A stretch of 55,202 bases of DNA from a bacterium (GTDB taxonomy: Bacteria; Patescibacteriota; Minisyncoccia; Minisyncoccales; GCA-002788555): NCBI GenBank assembly GCA_021158595.1, contig JAGGUF010000072.1:1-55202 (forward strand), in the 5' to 3' direction. Positions 37,273 to 48,201 of the stretch are shown in pieces. Made by a program: the position numbers and the translations under genes. Below the pieces are notes generated by a model, which was given only the letters and a program-made list of their open reading frames with translations, did no database searches and was not told where the DNA came from. Numbering within the stretch: the first letter of the stretch is position 1; the number at the start of each line of letters is the position of its first letter.

Positions 37273-38235
37273 TTGCTCTCTTTTCTTCTCTTTATGGTTC
37301 TCTTCCTTTACGGCTCTGATACCTTCCGCTCCAAGAAAAAACTTCAAGAGATAATTAACAGATATCACTCAAAGTATAAGAGTGGCCTCAATTTTTGCAA
37401 AATTGAAGGTACCCCAGAAGGATTTGAAAAACTTAAGGAAAGAATTGAGACCATCTCAATGTTTAAAGAAAAAAAACTAATTATTTTCAAAAATGTATTC
37501 TCAACTCCAACCTATTTGCAAGAAAAAATTGAAAAATATCTTATTGAAAAAAACATTTTCAAAGACGAAAATCTAATACTGATCTTCTTTGAGGAAAGAG
37601 GGGTTCAAAAACCAAATAGACTTTTTAAATTGCTTATTAAAAAATCTTTTAAAAAACAAGAGTTTAAAGAACTACCTATATGGAAATTAAAGATTTTCAT
37701 CAGAAAATATTGGAATTGTAAAATTGATGATAGGGCAATTGAAAAATTGATATTCTTTTGTAACAGTAATCTTTGGGAGATAGACAAGGAACTCCAAAAA
37801 ATAATTGCTTTTAAAAAAGGGGAAAGAATTGAGGAGAAAGATGTAGAAAACCTATCTCAAGGAAAAATTGATACAAATATCTTTGAAACCACAGAAGCCA
37901 TTTCTCGAAAGAATAAGAAAAAGGCTTTGGCTCTGATTGCAAACCATCTTGAAAAAGGAGAAAATGAAATAAGAATCTTATCGATGATGGTTTTTCAATT
38001 CCGAAATATATTGAAAATAAAAAGTTTAATGGAACAAAAAAAGAATTTAACTCAAATCCAAAAACTTTCCGGACTTCATCCCTTTATAGTGAAAAAAACA
38101 TTTCCACTCGTCCAAAACTTTTCTATTGAGGAATTAAAAAAAATTTATAAAAAACTTTTAGAACTTGATTTTAAAATAAAAACTGGAAGAATTGAACCTA
38201 AAACAGGAATTGAAATGTTTATCGCAGAACTCTAA
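37273..38235 (+). CDS. holA: DNA polymerase III subunit delta
   Basis: 320 aa. Position after rpsT and a clamp-loader delta-like layout (YGSDTF..., C-terminal helical domain). Weak motif evidence. Confidence 0.55.
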   Translation: MLSFLLFMVLFLYGSDTFRSKKKLQEIINRYHSKYKSGLNFCKIEGTPEGFEKLKERIETISMFKEKKLIIFKNVFSTPTYLQEKIEKYLIEKNIFKDENLILIFFEERGVQKPNRLFKLLIKKSFKKQEFKELPIWKLKIFIRKYWNCKIDDRAIEKLIFFCNSNLWEIDKELQKIIAFKKGERIEEKDVENLSQGKIDTNIFETTEAISRKNKKKALALIANHLEKGENEIRILSMMVFQFRNILKIKSLMEQKKNLTQIQKLSGLHPFIVKKTFPLVQNFSIEELKKIYKKLLELDFKIKTGRIEPKTGIEMFIAEL

Positions 38236-38247
38236 ATCCAAATTGTT

Positions 38248-38470
38248 TGTAATTGCCCACATCTTGATAAGGATCTGGGATTGCCTGAAGCGTGAAACGC
38301 AAATTTCCAAAATTAAATCTCAAATTCCCCCACCTATATCCTCCCCCTTCCAGAGGGAGGGGGAGGATTAAGGAGGGGATCCTAAATCCCAAACGTTTGG
38401 AATTTGGAATTTCGTTCGCCCAGCCCTACTTTTGGAACAAAAGTGGGGCTGGGTTTCGGATTTCTCCCCC
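38248..38470. repeat. Composite repeat: GGCAATTACA/CACGCTTCAGG flank (inverted), hairpin core, AT-rich units, GGGGCTGGG hairpin
   Basis: Core 38327-38378: CCCCCACCTATATCCTCCCCCTTCC-AGAG-GGAGGGGGAGGATTAAGGAGGGG. Hairpin 38419-38453: CCCAGCCCTACTTTTG-GAAC-AAAAGTGGGGCTGGG. Fills the holA/acyP convergent spacer. Confidence 0.85.
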
Positions 38471-38472
38471 TA

Positions 38473-38745
38473 TTAATATCTTATCTGAAAACCATCAAAT
38501 TCACCTGTAGGCTTTTCCCATTTGATATCAATCTCTTCCACCTCGGCAATAGGAGGTCCTTCTTTTGCCCATTGGATTATTTTGTTAACCTTCTCCTCTT
38601 CTCCCTCAAAAACTGCCTCTACTCTTCCATCAGGAAGATTTCTTACCCAGCCAGAAATTCCCAGTTCCATTGCCTTCTCATAAGTGCCTTGGCGAAAAAA
38701 TACTCCCTGAACTCTACCTTTAATAAAAACATGGGCCCTTCTCAT
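38473..38745 (-). CDS. acyP: Acylphosphatase
   Basis: VKGRVQGVFFRQGTYEKAMELGISGWVRNLPDGRVE signature; 90 aa. Confidence 0.9.
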   Translation of the reverse strand: MRRAHVFIKGRVQGVFFRQGTYEKAMELGISGWVRNLPDGRVEAVFEGEEEKVNKIIQWAKEGPPIAEVEEIDIKWEKPTGEFDGFQIRY

Positions 38746-38775
38746 AGATCAACTTAAAATAAAAATCTTCTTCTT

Positions 38776-41250
38776 TTAGTATCCATACTTAGGCCAGCAA
38801 CATTTTTTATACTTCTTACCGGAACCACAAGGACAGGGATCATTCCGACCTACCTTCTTTTTAGGTAGGGTATGGGTTTTATAGATGAGACTTTCATCTT
38901 TTGTTGTATCTTTAGGTACAAACTGAATTTTAAGAATAGTATCTACAACCCGCCTCTCAAAGTCTCTCATTAATCTCTGAAACATCTTATGACCCTGAAT
39001 TCTATAGGCAACCAAGGGATCAATTTGACCATAGGCTTTGAGTTGGACACTCTCTCGTAAAAATTCCATATCTTCCAAGTGTTCCATCCATAAAAGATCT
39101 AATGTTCGAAGCAAAATAATTTTCTCTAATTTTCTCAAATTCTGTTTTCCTATCTTCTTCTCTTTTTCTTCATAGTCTTTTCTTGAATAACCCTGTCTTT
39201 CTATCATTTCTAACACCAAAGATTTTTTCTCTGGAAATTCATATCTTTCAAGTATCTCCCTTCTCTTTTTATAAATCTTCTCTCTCTGTTTATTTAAAAC
39301 ATCATCAAAATCCAATAAATGCTTTCTCATATCAAAGTTATATCCTTCCACTTTTGCCTGAGCGGATTCAATTGCCTGAGAGACTATTTTATTTTCAATA
39401 GGAACATTCTCGGGAAAATTAAATCTTTCAAGAATTGCCTTTATTCTTTCTCCTCCAAAGATCCGTACTATATCATCCTCTAAAGAGACAAAAAATTGAG
39501 AAACTCCAGGATCACCCTGTCTTCCTGCTCTTCCCCGAAGTTGATTATCAATTCTTCGCGATTCGTGTCTTTCGGTGCCAATAACACAGAGCCCCCCTAA
39601 TCTTTTTACCTCCTCTGCCTCTTTTTTATCAGGAGGATTTCCTCCTAATATTATATCCACCCCTCGGCCAGCCATATTGGTAGCAATAGTAACTGCTTTT
39701 AATCTTCCAGCCTGAGCAATAATTGCTCCTTCCTTTTCATGATGTTTGGCATTCAAAATCTGATGAGGAATTCCCTCTCTCTCAAGTAATTTTCCTAAAT
39801 ATTCATTTTTCTCAATACTTGTGGTTCCTACCAAAACTGGCTGAGATCTCCGATATCTCTTTTTCACTTCCTCCACTACTGCCCTAAACTTTGCCTTTTC
39901 CGTAGTATAAACCTTATCCGGTAAATCCTTTCTTATCATTGGAAGATTAGTAGGAACAATAACTACCTCTAAGTTGTATACCTTTAAAAACTCCTCTGCG
40001 GAAGTGGCCGCTGTTCCTGTCATCCCTGCTAATTTTTTATACATCCTAAAATAATTTTGAAAGGTTATGGTAGCCAAGGTTCTTGATTCTGGCTGAATCT
40101 CCACCCCTTCCTTTGCTTCAATTGCCTGATGAAGTCCTCCAGACCATCTTCTTCCTGGCATCAATCTTCCGGTAAATTCGTCTACTATAATGACCCTTCC
40201 ATCTTTTACTACATAGTCTCTGTCTTTTTTGAAAAGAGTTTGAGCCCTTAGAGATTGTTCTAAATAATGTAGATATTTCATTCCTCGGTCTGTGTAAATA
40301 TTGTCCACTCCTAAAATTTTTTCCACATTATTAATTCCCTTCTCTGTAAGGGTAACTACTCTTCTTTTCTCATCGATTTGATAATCCCTGTTAGGATCTA
40401 ATCTGGGAATAATTTTAGCAAATTCAATGTACCATCTTGAGGACTCTGTATCAGGGACAGAAATAATTAAAGGAGTTCGTGCCTCGTCAATTAAAATTGA
40501 ATCAACCTCATCTACAATGGCATAATAAAATCCTCTCTGGACCTGATCCTTTAGATCATAAACCATATTATCTCGCAGATAATCAAAACCAAACTCGTTA
40601 TTGGTTCCATAGGTAATGTCTGCCAAATAAGCCTCTTTTCGGGAACAGGGTCTTAAGAAATCTTCTACTACCTTAAAGGAACCCAACTCATCTCTTATTC
40701 TATCTTTTTCTTCAGGTGGTTTTTTGTAATTAGGATCGTATAAAAATGCTTGCTCATGATTTAGACATCCTATGGTAAGCCCTAACAGATGATAGATCTG
40801 ACCCATCCAGACCGTATCTCTTCGGGCTAAATAGTCATTGACAGTAACCAGATGGCAACCCTTTCCGGCTAAAGCATTAAGATAAAGAGGAAGGGTAGCG
40901 GCTAATGTTTTTCCTTCCCCTGTTTTCATTTCAGCAATCTTCCCTTGATGCAACACAATCCCACCCATTAACTGAACATCAAAATGACGTTGATGCAGAG
41001 TCCTCTTTGCTGCTTCTCGAACTAAGGCAAAAGCCTCTGGGAGAACATCATTAAGACATTTTTTTAAGTCAGCCTCAGAATTTGAAACCTCCCTTAATCT
41101 CTTTTTAAATATCTCGGTCTTTTCTCTAAGTTTCTCATTAGAAAAAGACTCGAAGGTAACTTCGAGGCTATTTATTTTATCCACAATTGGCTGAATACTT
41201 TTTAGGTATCTTTTATTTGAATCACCAAAAATCTTATCAAGGAAGGACAT
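38776..41250 (-). CDS. secA: Preprotein translocase ATPase SecA
   Basis: MKTGEGKTL Walker [29 protein letters not shown]; C-terminal zinc finger [13 protein letters not shown]. Confidence 0.95.
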   Translation of the reverse strand: MSFLDKIFGDSNKRYLKSIQPIVDKINSLEVTFESFSNEKLREKTEIFKKRLREVSNSEADLKKCLNDVLPEAFALVREAAKRTLHQRHFDVQLMGGIVLHQGKIAEMKTGEGKTLAATLPLYLNALAGKGCHLVTVNDYLARRDTVWMGQIYHLLGLTIGCLNHEQAFLYDPNYKKPPEEKDRIRDELGSFKVVEDFLRPCSRKEAYLADITYGTNNEFGFDYLRDNMVYDLKDQVQRGFYYAIVDEVDSILIDEARTPLIISVPDTESSRWYIEFAKIIPRLDPNRDYQIDEKRRVVTLTEKGINNVEKILGVDNIYTDRGMKYLHYLEQSLRAQTLFKKDRDYVVKDGRVIIVDEFTGRLMPGRRWSGGLHQAIEAKEGVEIQPESRTLATITFQNYFRMYKKLAGMTGTAATSAEEFLKVYNLEVVIVPTNLPMIRKDLPDKVYTTEKAKFRAVVEEVKKRYRRSQPVLVGTTSIEKNEYLGKLLEREGIPHQILNAKHHEKEGAIIAQAGRLKAVTIATNMAGRGVDIILGGNPPDKKEAEEVKRLGGLCVIGTERHESRRIDNQLRGRAGRQGDPGVSQFFVSLEDDIVRIFGGERIKAILERFNFPENVPIENKIVSQAIESAQAKVEGYNFDMRKHLLDFDDVLNKQREKIYKKRREILERYEFPEKKSLVLEMIERQGYSRKDYEEKEKKIGKQNLRKLEKIILLRTLDLLWMEHLEDMEFLRESVQLKAYGQIDPLVAYRIQGHKMFQRLMRDFERRVVDTILKIQFVPKDTTKDESLIYKTHTLPKKKVGRNDPCPCGSGKKYKKCCWPKYGY

Positions 41251-41268
41251 AATATCTCAAAGAAGAAA

Positions 41269-41571
41269 TTAATACTTGCTTTTGTATTGTTTTAATTCTC
41301 TTTGAAGTAGATCCTTTGCCTCATTAATAGCCAAATAAATATCATCTCTTTTTGCCTCCACTCTTATAAGTTTTTTAGGTAAAACCATATTCACTTCTGC
41401 CCGGAAGATTTTTCCTTTTCTGTGATGTCGAGTTGTTTTTTCTATTTCCACATAAACCTCCGGAGGAAATTTGGTATTAATAAACTTCTGACAACTGCCA
41501 ATCTTGTCTCTGATATAATCTTTGAGGTTTCTGGTTAAAGTGATATTAGTACCTTTAATATTTATTGTCAT
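41269..41571 (-). CDS. hpf: Ribosome hibernation factor (short HPF/RaiA)
   Basis: 100 aa; IKGTNITLTRNLKDYIRDKI...AEVNM...IYLAINEAKDLLQRELKQYK pattern. Confidence 0.8.
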   Translation of the reverse strand: MTINIKGTNITLTRNLKDYIRDKIGSCQKFINTKFPPEVYVEIEKTTRHHRKGKIFRAEVNMVLPKKLIRVEAKRDDIYLAINEAKDLLQRELKQYKSKY

Positions 41572-41614
41572 ATAAATCTCAAAATTACAATCTAAAATGC
41601 AAAATAAAACAAAT

Positions 41615-41863
41615 CTTAAATGTTAGATGTCAAATCTCAAATCCATATGTCAAATCTCAAATCTAAATACAGTAAAGAAAAATCCGAAATTCTAAATCCT
41701 AATGTTTCAAATTTTAAACGTTTGGGATTTCGGATTTCCCTTCCCCTCCTTAATCCTCCCCCTCCCTCTGGGAGGGGGAGGATATAGGTGGGGGAGGGAA
41801 AATCCCAAATCCTAAATTCTAAACGTTTGAGATTTGGAACAAAAGTGGGGCTGGGTTTCGGAT
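41615..41863. repeat. Composite repeat: tandem ATGTCAAATCTCAAATC units, hairpin core, AT-rich units, half GGGGCTGGG module
   Basis: 17-nt direct repeat at 41627-41643 and 41647-41663. Core 41738-41798: CCCTTCCCCTCCTTAATCCTCCCCCTCCC-TCTG-GGAGGGGGAGGATATAGGTGGGGGAGGG. GGAACAAAAGTGGGGCTGGGTTTCGGAT at 41836-41863. Confidence 0.85.
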
Positions 41864-41944
41864 GGGCAGGTTGATTATCAAAGTGGTTAGATACTACATT
41901 TTAGCAAACAATAAGCCTTTAGTAAACTCAAGGATCCTTCTGAT

Positions 41945-41980
41945 AAAAAACCAGCACCAATATATTGGTGCTGGTTTTTT
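41945..41980. terminator. Bidirectional intrinsic terminator
   Basis: AAAAAACCAGCACCAATATATTGGTGCTGGTTTTTT: perfect stem CCAGCACCAATA/TATTGGTGCTGG (12 bp; 14 bp counting the flanking A-T pairs) flanked by an A-run and a T-run. Confidence 0.75.
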
Positions 41981-41994
41981 AAGACAAAGAATCC

Positions 41995-42075
41995 TTATCT
42001 TTTCTTTCTTTTTCTTGAACTCTTTTTCTTTGTGCTCTTACTTTTCTTTGTCTTTCTTGTTTTCTTTTTAGCCAT
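41995..42075 (-). CDS. Candidate 26-aa highly basic micro-protein
   Basis: ATG GCT AAA AAG ... AGA TAA gives MAKKKTRKTKKSKSTKKKSSRKRKKR. The strong terminator begins ~15 nt after the stop. Below the ORF-track length cut-off. Confidence 0.3.
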   Translation of the reverse strand: MAKKKTRKTKKSKSTKKKSSRKRKKR

Positions 42076-42185
42076 TTTTCTGCCTGCCCTAATCAGCAGG
42101 TTTTTTTAGAAGCAGTAAATAGTCGGCCTCCACTATTTACTTTTATAGATTATAAACTTTTAAAGAACCAAATGCAATATTTATT

Positions 42186-43145
42186 TTAAAAAATTATTAT
42201 CTCTTCTTCAAGTTGAATACCAAACTTATCTCTTACTTTCTGTTTTATTAAACTTATCAGAATCATTACATCCTCTGCTGTCGCTTTTCCCGTATTTATA
42301 ATAAAGTTTGAATGCTTTTTAGAAATTTGGGCTCCTCCAATTTTTTTTTCTTTTAGACCACAACTATCTATAAGATAAGCAGCAGGTATTTCTTTTCGGT
42401 TCTGAAACTGTTTCAAATCAGGAAATTTCTCTAATAAGGAAGGACGGCAACGGGAAAATGGGATGTTTTTAAATATGCTTCCTATGGAAGGATATTCCAG
42501 AGGCTGATGAACTTTTCGATAAAGAAGATTTTCTTTTATTTTGCTCTCTATTCTACTTTTTTTCTCCTTTTTAAGTTCCAACTCTACTTCAACAATTATA
42601 TAACTTTTATTATTCTTAAACAAGGAACTTCGATAAGAAAATTGACAATCTTCATTACTAAAGGTTTTAGTTTCTAATCCATTTTTTGAAACCTTCAGAA
42701 TCTTTACCTTCTTCACTATATCTTTGACCTCTTTTCCAAAAGCACCAGCATTATTACATACCGCTCCTCCAATAGTTCCTGGAATTCCAACCATCCACTC
42801 AAGACCAGTTAACGATTCTTTCAAAGAAAACTGAACCAGCCGCTCTAATCGCGTTCCCGCACCAGCATAAAGAGTTTCAAATTTTAAGTTGTTATTTGTG
42901 TGTCTAATATAGGATATTGCACACCTTATTACCAATTCCTTACACTCTTTGGCTAAAAATAAAATGTTACTTCCTCCTCCTAAAACAAAAAATGGAATAT
43001 CTTTTTTATAGGACCAATTTATTGCCTCAATCAATTGAGAAATATTTCTCACTTCTACAAAATACCTTGCCTTGCCTCCTATCCGGAAAGTAGAGTAATC
43101 TTTTAAAAGAACATTTTTTTTAATTTCTATTTTTCCATTTTTCAT
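42186..43145 (-). CDS. murB: UDP-N-acetylenolpyruvoylglucosamine reductase
   Basis: FAD-binding TFRIGGKARYF, GGGSNIL, and C-terminal GGAQISKKHSNFIIN block. Confidence 0.9.
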   Translation of the reverse strand: MKNGKIEIKKNVLLKDYSTFRIGGKARYFVEVRNISQLIEAINWSYKKDIPFFVLGGGSNILFLAKECKELVIRCAISYIRHTNNNLKFETLYAGAGTRLERLVQFSLKESLTGLEWMVGIPGTIGGAVCNNAGAFGKEVKDIVKKVKILKVSKNGLETKTFSNEDCQFSYRSSLFKNNKSYIIVEVELELKKEKKSRIESKIKENLLYRKVHQPLEYPSIGSIFKNIPFSRCRPSLLEKFPDLKQFQNRKEIPAAYLIDSCGLKEKKIGGAQISKKHSNFIINTGKATAEDVMILISLIKQKVRDKFGIQLEEEIIIF

Positions 43146-43249
43146 TCTAATAATGGACTTGGCGAGTTACTCCAATGCTAAAGTGTTTTGTGAGTGCTAA
43201 CCGCCAAGTCCAATTCTATTTTATAATTTATAAAAAGAAAATTCAAGCC

Positions 43250-43330
43250 AAAAAGCAAAAAGCCTTGGAAAATTCCAAGACTCTTTGCCCACTTTAGCGG
43301 AGTCCTTCGATTTCTCTCCGGAGCACTCAC
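43250..43330 (-). ncRNA. Candidate short leader transcript / attenuator upstream of murB
   Basis: Begins ~7 nt after the promoter -10. Ends at hairpin CTTGGA-ATTT-TCCAAG followed by GCTTTTTGCTTTTT. Carries two segments complementary to the loop of the 43155-43211 hairpin. Confidence 0.3.
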
Positions 43331-43336
43331 ACCTTT

Positions 43337-43365
43337 ATATTAGCAAAACAAATTATAAATGTCAA
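43337..43365 (-). promoter_or_regulatory. Sigma70-type promoter (minus strand) upstream of murB
   Basis: Minus strand: TTGACA (43365-43360), 17-nt spacer, TAATAT (43342-43337). Confidence 0.5.
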
Positions 43366-43489
43366 TAGTTTCAGGTAATAAGTATAGGTCCAAGCAATTC
43401 GCTAATAAACCCCTTCATTTCTTTCCAAGGAAAGAGATAAGATAGAAGGAATTTACTTTCACACCTCACTCCTTTTTAGAAGCACAGAT

Positions 43490-43837
43490 CTAATTATTTT
43501 TTACAATTTTATACCAGTCTCGAAAGCAATAGATACCCTGAAAGGTTAATCCTCCTAAAAAACCAAGAAAAAAATGAGGCAAAGAAGAATAAATACCAGA
43601 AACAAAAATAAAAATAACAGAAAGATAAGACAGAAACCAATGATGTAAGTGTAATCTCCATCTACCTAAAGAAATAATAAGCGATTTTATCCTTCCCCTC
43701 ACACCTGTTCTTTTTCCTGAACAATATTTAGCACTAAGATAACCTGCTAATATCCCTAAACAAAACAAAAAAGAAACAAAATAGCCAGAAAGTGTTAAAG
43801 ATATTGGAAAAATAGCCTTTTTTAGAAACCTCCACAT
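43490..43837 (-). CDS. Hypothetical small membrane protein
   Basis: 115 aa with three to four hydrophobic helices. No recognisable motif. Confidence 0.45.
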   Translation of the reverse strand: MWRFLKKAIFPISLTLSGYFVSFLFCLGILAGYLSAKYCSGKRTGVRGRIKSLIISLGRWRLHLHHWFLSYLSVIFIFVSGIYSSLPHFFLGFLGGLTFQGIYCFRDWYKIVKNN

Positions 43838-43885
43838 ATGTCCAATAAATCATCTTCTCTTTCTAAGAAGTCTCATTTCCCAAGG

Positions 43886-45148
43886 TTATTTATGGACTAT
43901 AGCAATTGGAGGCAAGGATAACTTATGAATATTATTTTCCTTTCTTTGAATAATTGCCTCAATTTTCCTCAGAGGAATATTTGCCAAACGTGAAATTTCT
44001 TCCTTTTTAAAACCTTGGCTTAAAAGTTTAAGCACTGTATCTAAATTCTGATAATCAAGCCCTAATTCTTTTTGGTCTGTCTGATCCGACCAAAGAGCAG
44101 CAGTAGGAGGAATCTCTATTATTTCTTTCGGTACCTTTAGTCTCTTTGCCATTTCTATTATTTCTGTCTTATACAGATCTCCGATAGGTTCAATATCCAC
44201 TCCTCCATCTCCAAATTTGGTAAAATATCCAATTTCCCTCTCTGTTCTATTGGTGGTGCCAATAACAAGAAGATTATATAAATTGGCAAAATAATATAAA
44301 ACTGTCATTCTTAACCTTGGTTTTAGATTTCCCTTAGAGATCTTTCCTTTTAAAGATCCATTAGCCTTGGGAAGGATTTTTAAAAGTTTTTTATAAATAT
44401 CTCCGAGATAAATTTTTTTGATTTTATGTTTTAGTTTTTTCTCTAAAAGAGAAAGGTTCTTTTCAAAAACACAATCTTTCACAAATGGCAACCATAGAAA
44501 AAATACTTTTTTGCCCAAGGCCCTTTTAGTTAAAATTGCTACTACTGAAGAATCAACTCCTCCTGAAACTCCCATTATGCCTCCCTTTGCCTTGGCCTCT
44601 TTTACCCTTTTTTTAATAAAATCAACAATTCTTTTCTCTGGTAAAACTTTTAAAAATCTTATTCTCTTTTCACCCTCCACCTCCTTTAAAAAAGAGAAAA
44701 CTGGCTTAGGAACTAAATTCTTCCATTCCTTCCTTTTATTTATTTTCTCTCTTATTTGGGTAGCAGATAATCTATTAAAAAAGAGAGGATGAGGTCTCAC
44801 CTGAACCCCAAATTTTTCAAAACATCTCTTTGTCCAGGGATTTTGAGTAAAAACTATTACTTTGTTTTGATTTAATCTTGTTATCTCCAAAATCTTTCTT
44901 GCCCATAAGAAATCATCAAAAAAATCTGGGATTCCATAAATCTTGTAATTTCTAATTCCTGCAGTTAAAAGGGAGTCTTCTATCATTTTCTTTCTTTCTT
45001 TAAAAGAAAATGGATTATCCTTTGTGGAAAACTCTTGAATACTTCCTATGACAAGTGATATCTTTTTCTGTTTATTAAGAATCCACCTTATAGCCTCAAG
45101 GTGCCCCTTATGAAAAGGCTGGAATCTTCCGATAAATATGGCAGACAT
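43886..45148 (-). CDS. Fusion protein: NadM-type nicotinamide-nucleotide adenylyltransferase + NH3-dependent NAD+ synthetase (NadE)
   Basis: N-terminal GRFQPFHKGH and SATQIR motifs (archaeal-type NMNAT, ~165 aa). C-terminal PP-loop GVSGGVDSSV and NadE blocks (GTTNRTEREIGYFTKFGDGG, DLYKTEI). Confidence 0.75.
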   Translation of the reverse strand: MSAIFIGRFQPFHKGHLEAIRWILNKQKKISLVIGSIQEFSTKDNPFSFKERKKMIEDSLLTAGIRNYKIYGIPDFFDDFLWARKILEITRLNQNKVIVFTQNPWTKRCFEKFGVQVRPHPLFFNRLSATQIREKINKRKEWKNLVPKPVFSFLKEVEGEKRIRFLKVLPEKRIVDFIKKRVKEAKAKGGIMGVSGGVDSSVVAILTKRALGKKVFFLWLPFVKDCVFEKNLSLLEKKLKHKIKKIYLGDIYKKLLKILPKANGSLKGKISKGNLKPRLRMTVLYYFANLYNLLVIGTTNRTEREIGYFTKFGDGGVDIEPIGDLYKTEIIEMAKRLKVPKEIIEIPPTAALWSDQTDQKELGLDYQNLDTVLKLLSQGFKKEEISRLANIPLRKIEAIIQRKENNIHKLSLPPIAIVHK

Positions 45149-45172
45149 ATTAAAAAATCTTCCTTTCCTTCT

Positions 45173-46129
45173 TTAACCTGGATTTAAACTCGACCATTTG
45201 CCACAACGGTCCCCCCAACGGGCTACTACCTTTCCGTCAATTCTTGCTTCAATAACCTCGCAGCGATTAGGGCACCCGTTACACTGAAAAGAGGTGCATT
45301 TTATATCCTTATCAGCCACATCAAAACCCAAAAATTTGGTCTTTTTAGGAGAATTTTCTTTAACCAATAAAGCCACTCCAAAGGCTCCCATTACCTTGTT
45401 GTATTTCGGAACAATAATTTTCTCTCCCAATTCTTCCTCAAAGGCTTTCCTCATTCCTACATTTTCTGAAACTCCTCCTTGAAAGACAATAGGAGGTTTT
45501 ATATTTTTCCCTCTTGCCACATTGCTTAAAAAATTCCTGGCTAATCCTTGGCAGAGTCCAGCCACAATATCTTCAATTTTGTGACCAATTTGCTGTTTGT
45601 GAATCATATCAGACTCTGCAAAGACGGTGCATCTACTTGAAATGGTAGTCGGATTTTTAGATTTTAATGCCAACTCTCCAAATTTTTCTATAGGGATTTT
45701 CAATCTTTGGGCTTGATTATCGAGAAAAGAACCAGTACCGGCGGCACAGATTAAATTCATAGCAAAATCAACGACTACTCCGTTTTCCAAAATAATAACC
45801 TTTGAATCCTGGCCCCCAATCTCAATCACTGTTCTCACATCAGGTACAAAAAAAGAAGCCCCTTTAGCGTGAGCCGTAATTTCATTTTTTACCAAATCTG
45901 CTCCGGTAATCACTCCTACCAATTGTCTGGCAGATCCGGTTGCGCCTACTCCTTTTATCTCTGCTCCCTTAGGCATTTTCTCCCTTAGAAGTTTTAGTCC
46001 TTTTTTGACTGCCTTTATAGGATCTCCTTCAGTACGGATATAAAGAGAAAACAAAACATTTGCCTTCTCGTCAATTAAGACAAAGTTAGTAGAGATAGAG
46101 CCAACATCAATACCCAAATAGGTTTTCAT
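45173..46129 (-). CDS. BcrA/BadF/HgdC-type ATPase (activase-like) with C-terminal Cys-rich extension
   Basis: LGIDVGSISTNFVLID and AAGTGSFLD ASKHA motifs; C-terminal CTSFQCNGCPNRCEV...CGKW. Confidence 0.55.
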   Translation of the reverse strand: MKTYLGIDVGSISTNFVLIDEKANVLFSLYIRTEGDPIKAVKKGLKLLREKMPKGAEIKGVGATGSARQLVGVITGADLVKNEITAHAKGASFFVPDVRTVIEIGGQDSKVIILENGVVVDFAMNLICAAGTGSFLDNQAQRLKIPIEKFGELALKSKNPTTISSRCTVFAESDMIHKQQIGHKIEDIVAGLCQGLARNFLSNVARGKNIKPPIVFQGGVSENVGMRKAFEEELGEKIIVPKYNKVMGAFGVALLVKENSPKKTKFLGFDVADKDIKCTSFQCNGCPNRCEVIEARIDGKVVARWGDRCGKWSSLNPG

Positions 46130-46135
46130 AAAAAA

Positions 46136-46384
46136 CTAAAATGATTTTAGAGTAACTAAAACGTTTACCTCTTTGGGATTAACCTCTAAAATTCCTCTTT
46201 CAATCTCAAAAGAAACTTCCTTTTGTTTTTCAGTTTTAACTCTTATCTTTCCTTGCCTTAAAGGAGTAATCAAGGGAGCATGATTTTGTAAAACAGAAAT
46301 CTCTCCTGTAGTTGAAGGAAAGATCACAGATGAAAATCCATTCTGATACAAAACCCTATCTGAAGAAAAAATATTTAACCTCAT
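46136..46384 (-). CDS. atpC: ATP synthase epsilon subunit, beta-sandwich domain only
   Basis: 82 aa; ISVLQNHAPLITPL..G.IRV...GILEV pattern. The protein ends where the C-terminal helical hairpin would start. Confidence 0.75.
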   Translation of the reverse strand: MRLNIFSSDRVLYQNGFSSVIFPSTTGEISVLQNHAPLITPLRQGKIRVKTEKQKEVSFEIERGILEVNPKEVNVLVTLKSF

Positions 46385-46397
46385 ATTCGTCCAGATT

Positions 46398-46496
46398 CCC
46401 CACCTATATCCTCAAGGGAGGATTAAAGAGGAAAAGAGATTCCTTTTATTGTAATTATTGTAAAAAGTATTGTAAACAATAGGGTGAAAGTTTACA
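46398..46496. repeat. Degenerate repeat copy with one intact terminal repeat (atpD/atpC spacer)
   Basis: Core remnant CCCCACCTATATCCTC-AAG-GGAGGATTAAAGAGG. The reverse complement of 46469-46496 is TGTAAACTTTCACCCTATTGTTTACAAT, about 24/28 identical to 9676-9703. Ends 1 nt before the atpD stop codon. Confidence 0.75.
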
Positions 46497-46497
46497 A

Positions 46498-48149
<1,652 letters not shown>

Positions 48150-48201
48150 GATTTAATCTAGTATGGTTTGAGGATTTTCCTCCTCTTCTCCTTTTGATTT
48201 A

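Noticed and set aside
41862-42071. 69-aa plus-strand ORF between hpf and murB.
   Set aside because: It runs straight through the perfect bidirectional terminator and ends in a low-complexity F/S/L stretch. It is antisense to the more compact basic micro-ORF.
43146-43489. The murB upstream spacer as a tRNA, tmRNA or SRP RNA gene.
   Set aside because: No acceptor or T-arm cloverleaf is present. There is no tRNA-like 3' end (GGTTCGA...CCA context) or tag ORF, and no GGAA-capped SRP helix-8 motif with the AGCAG symmetric loop.
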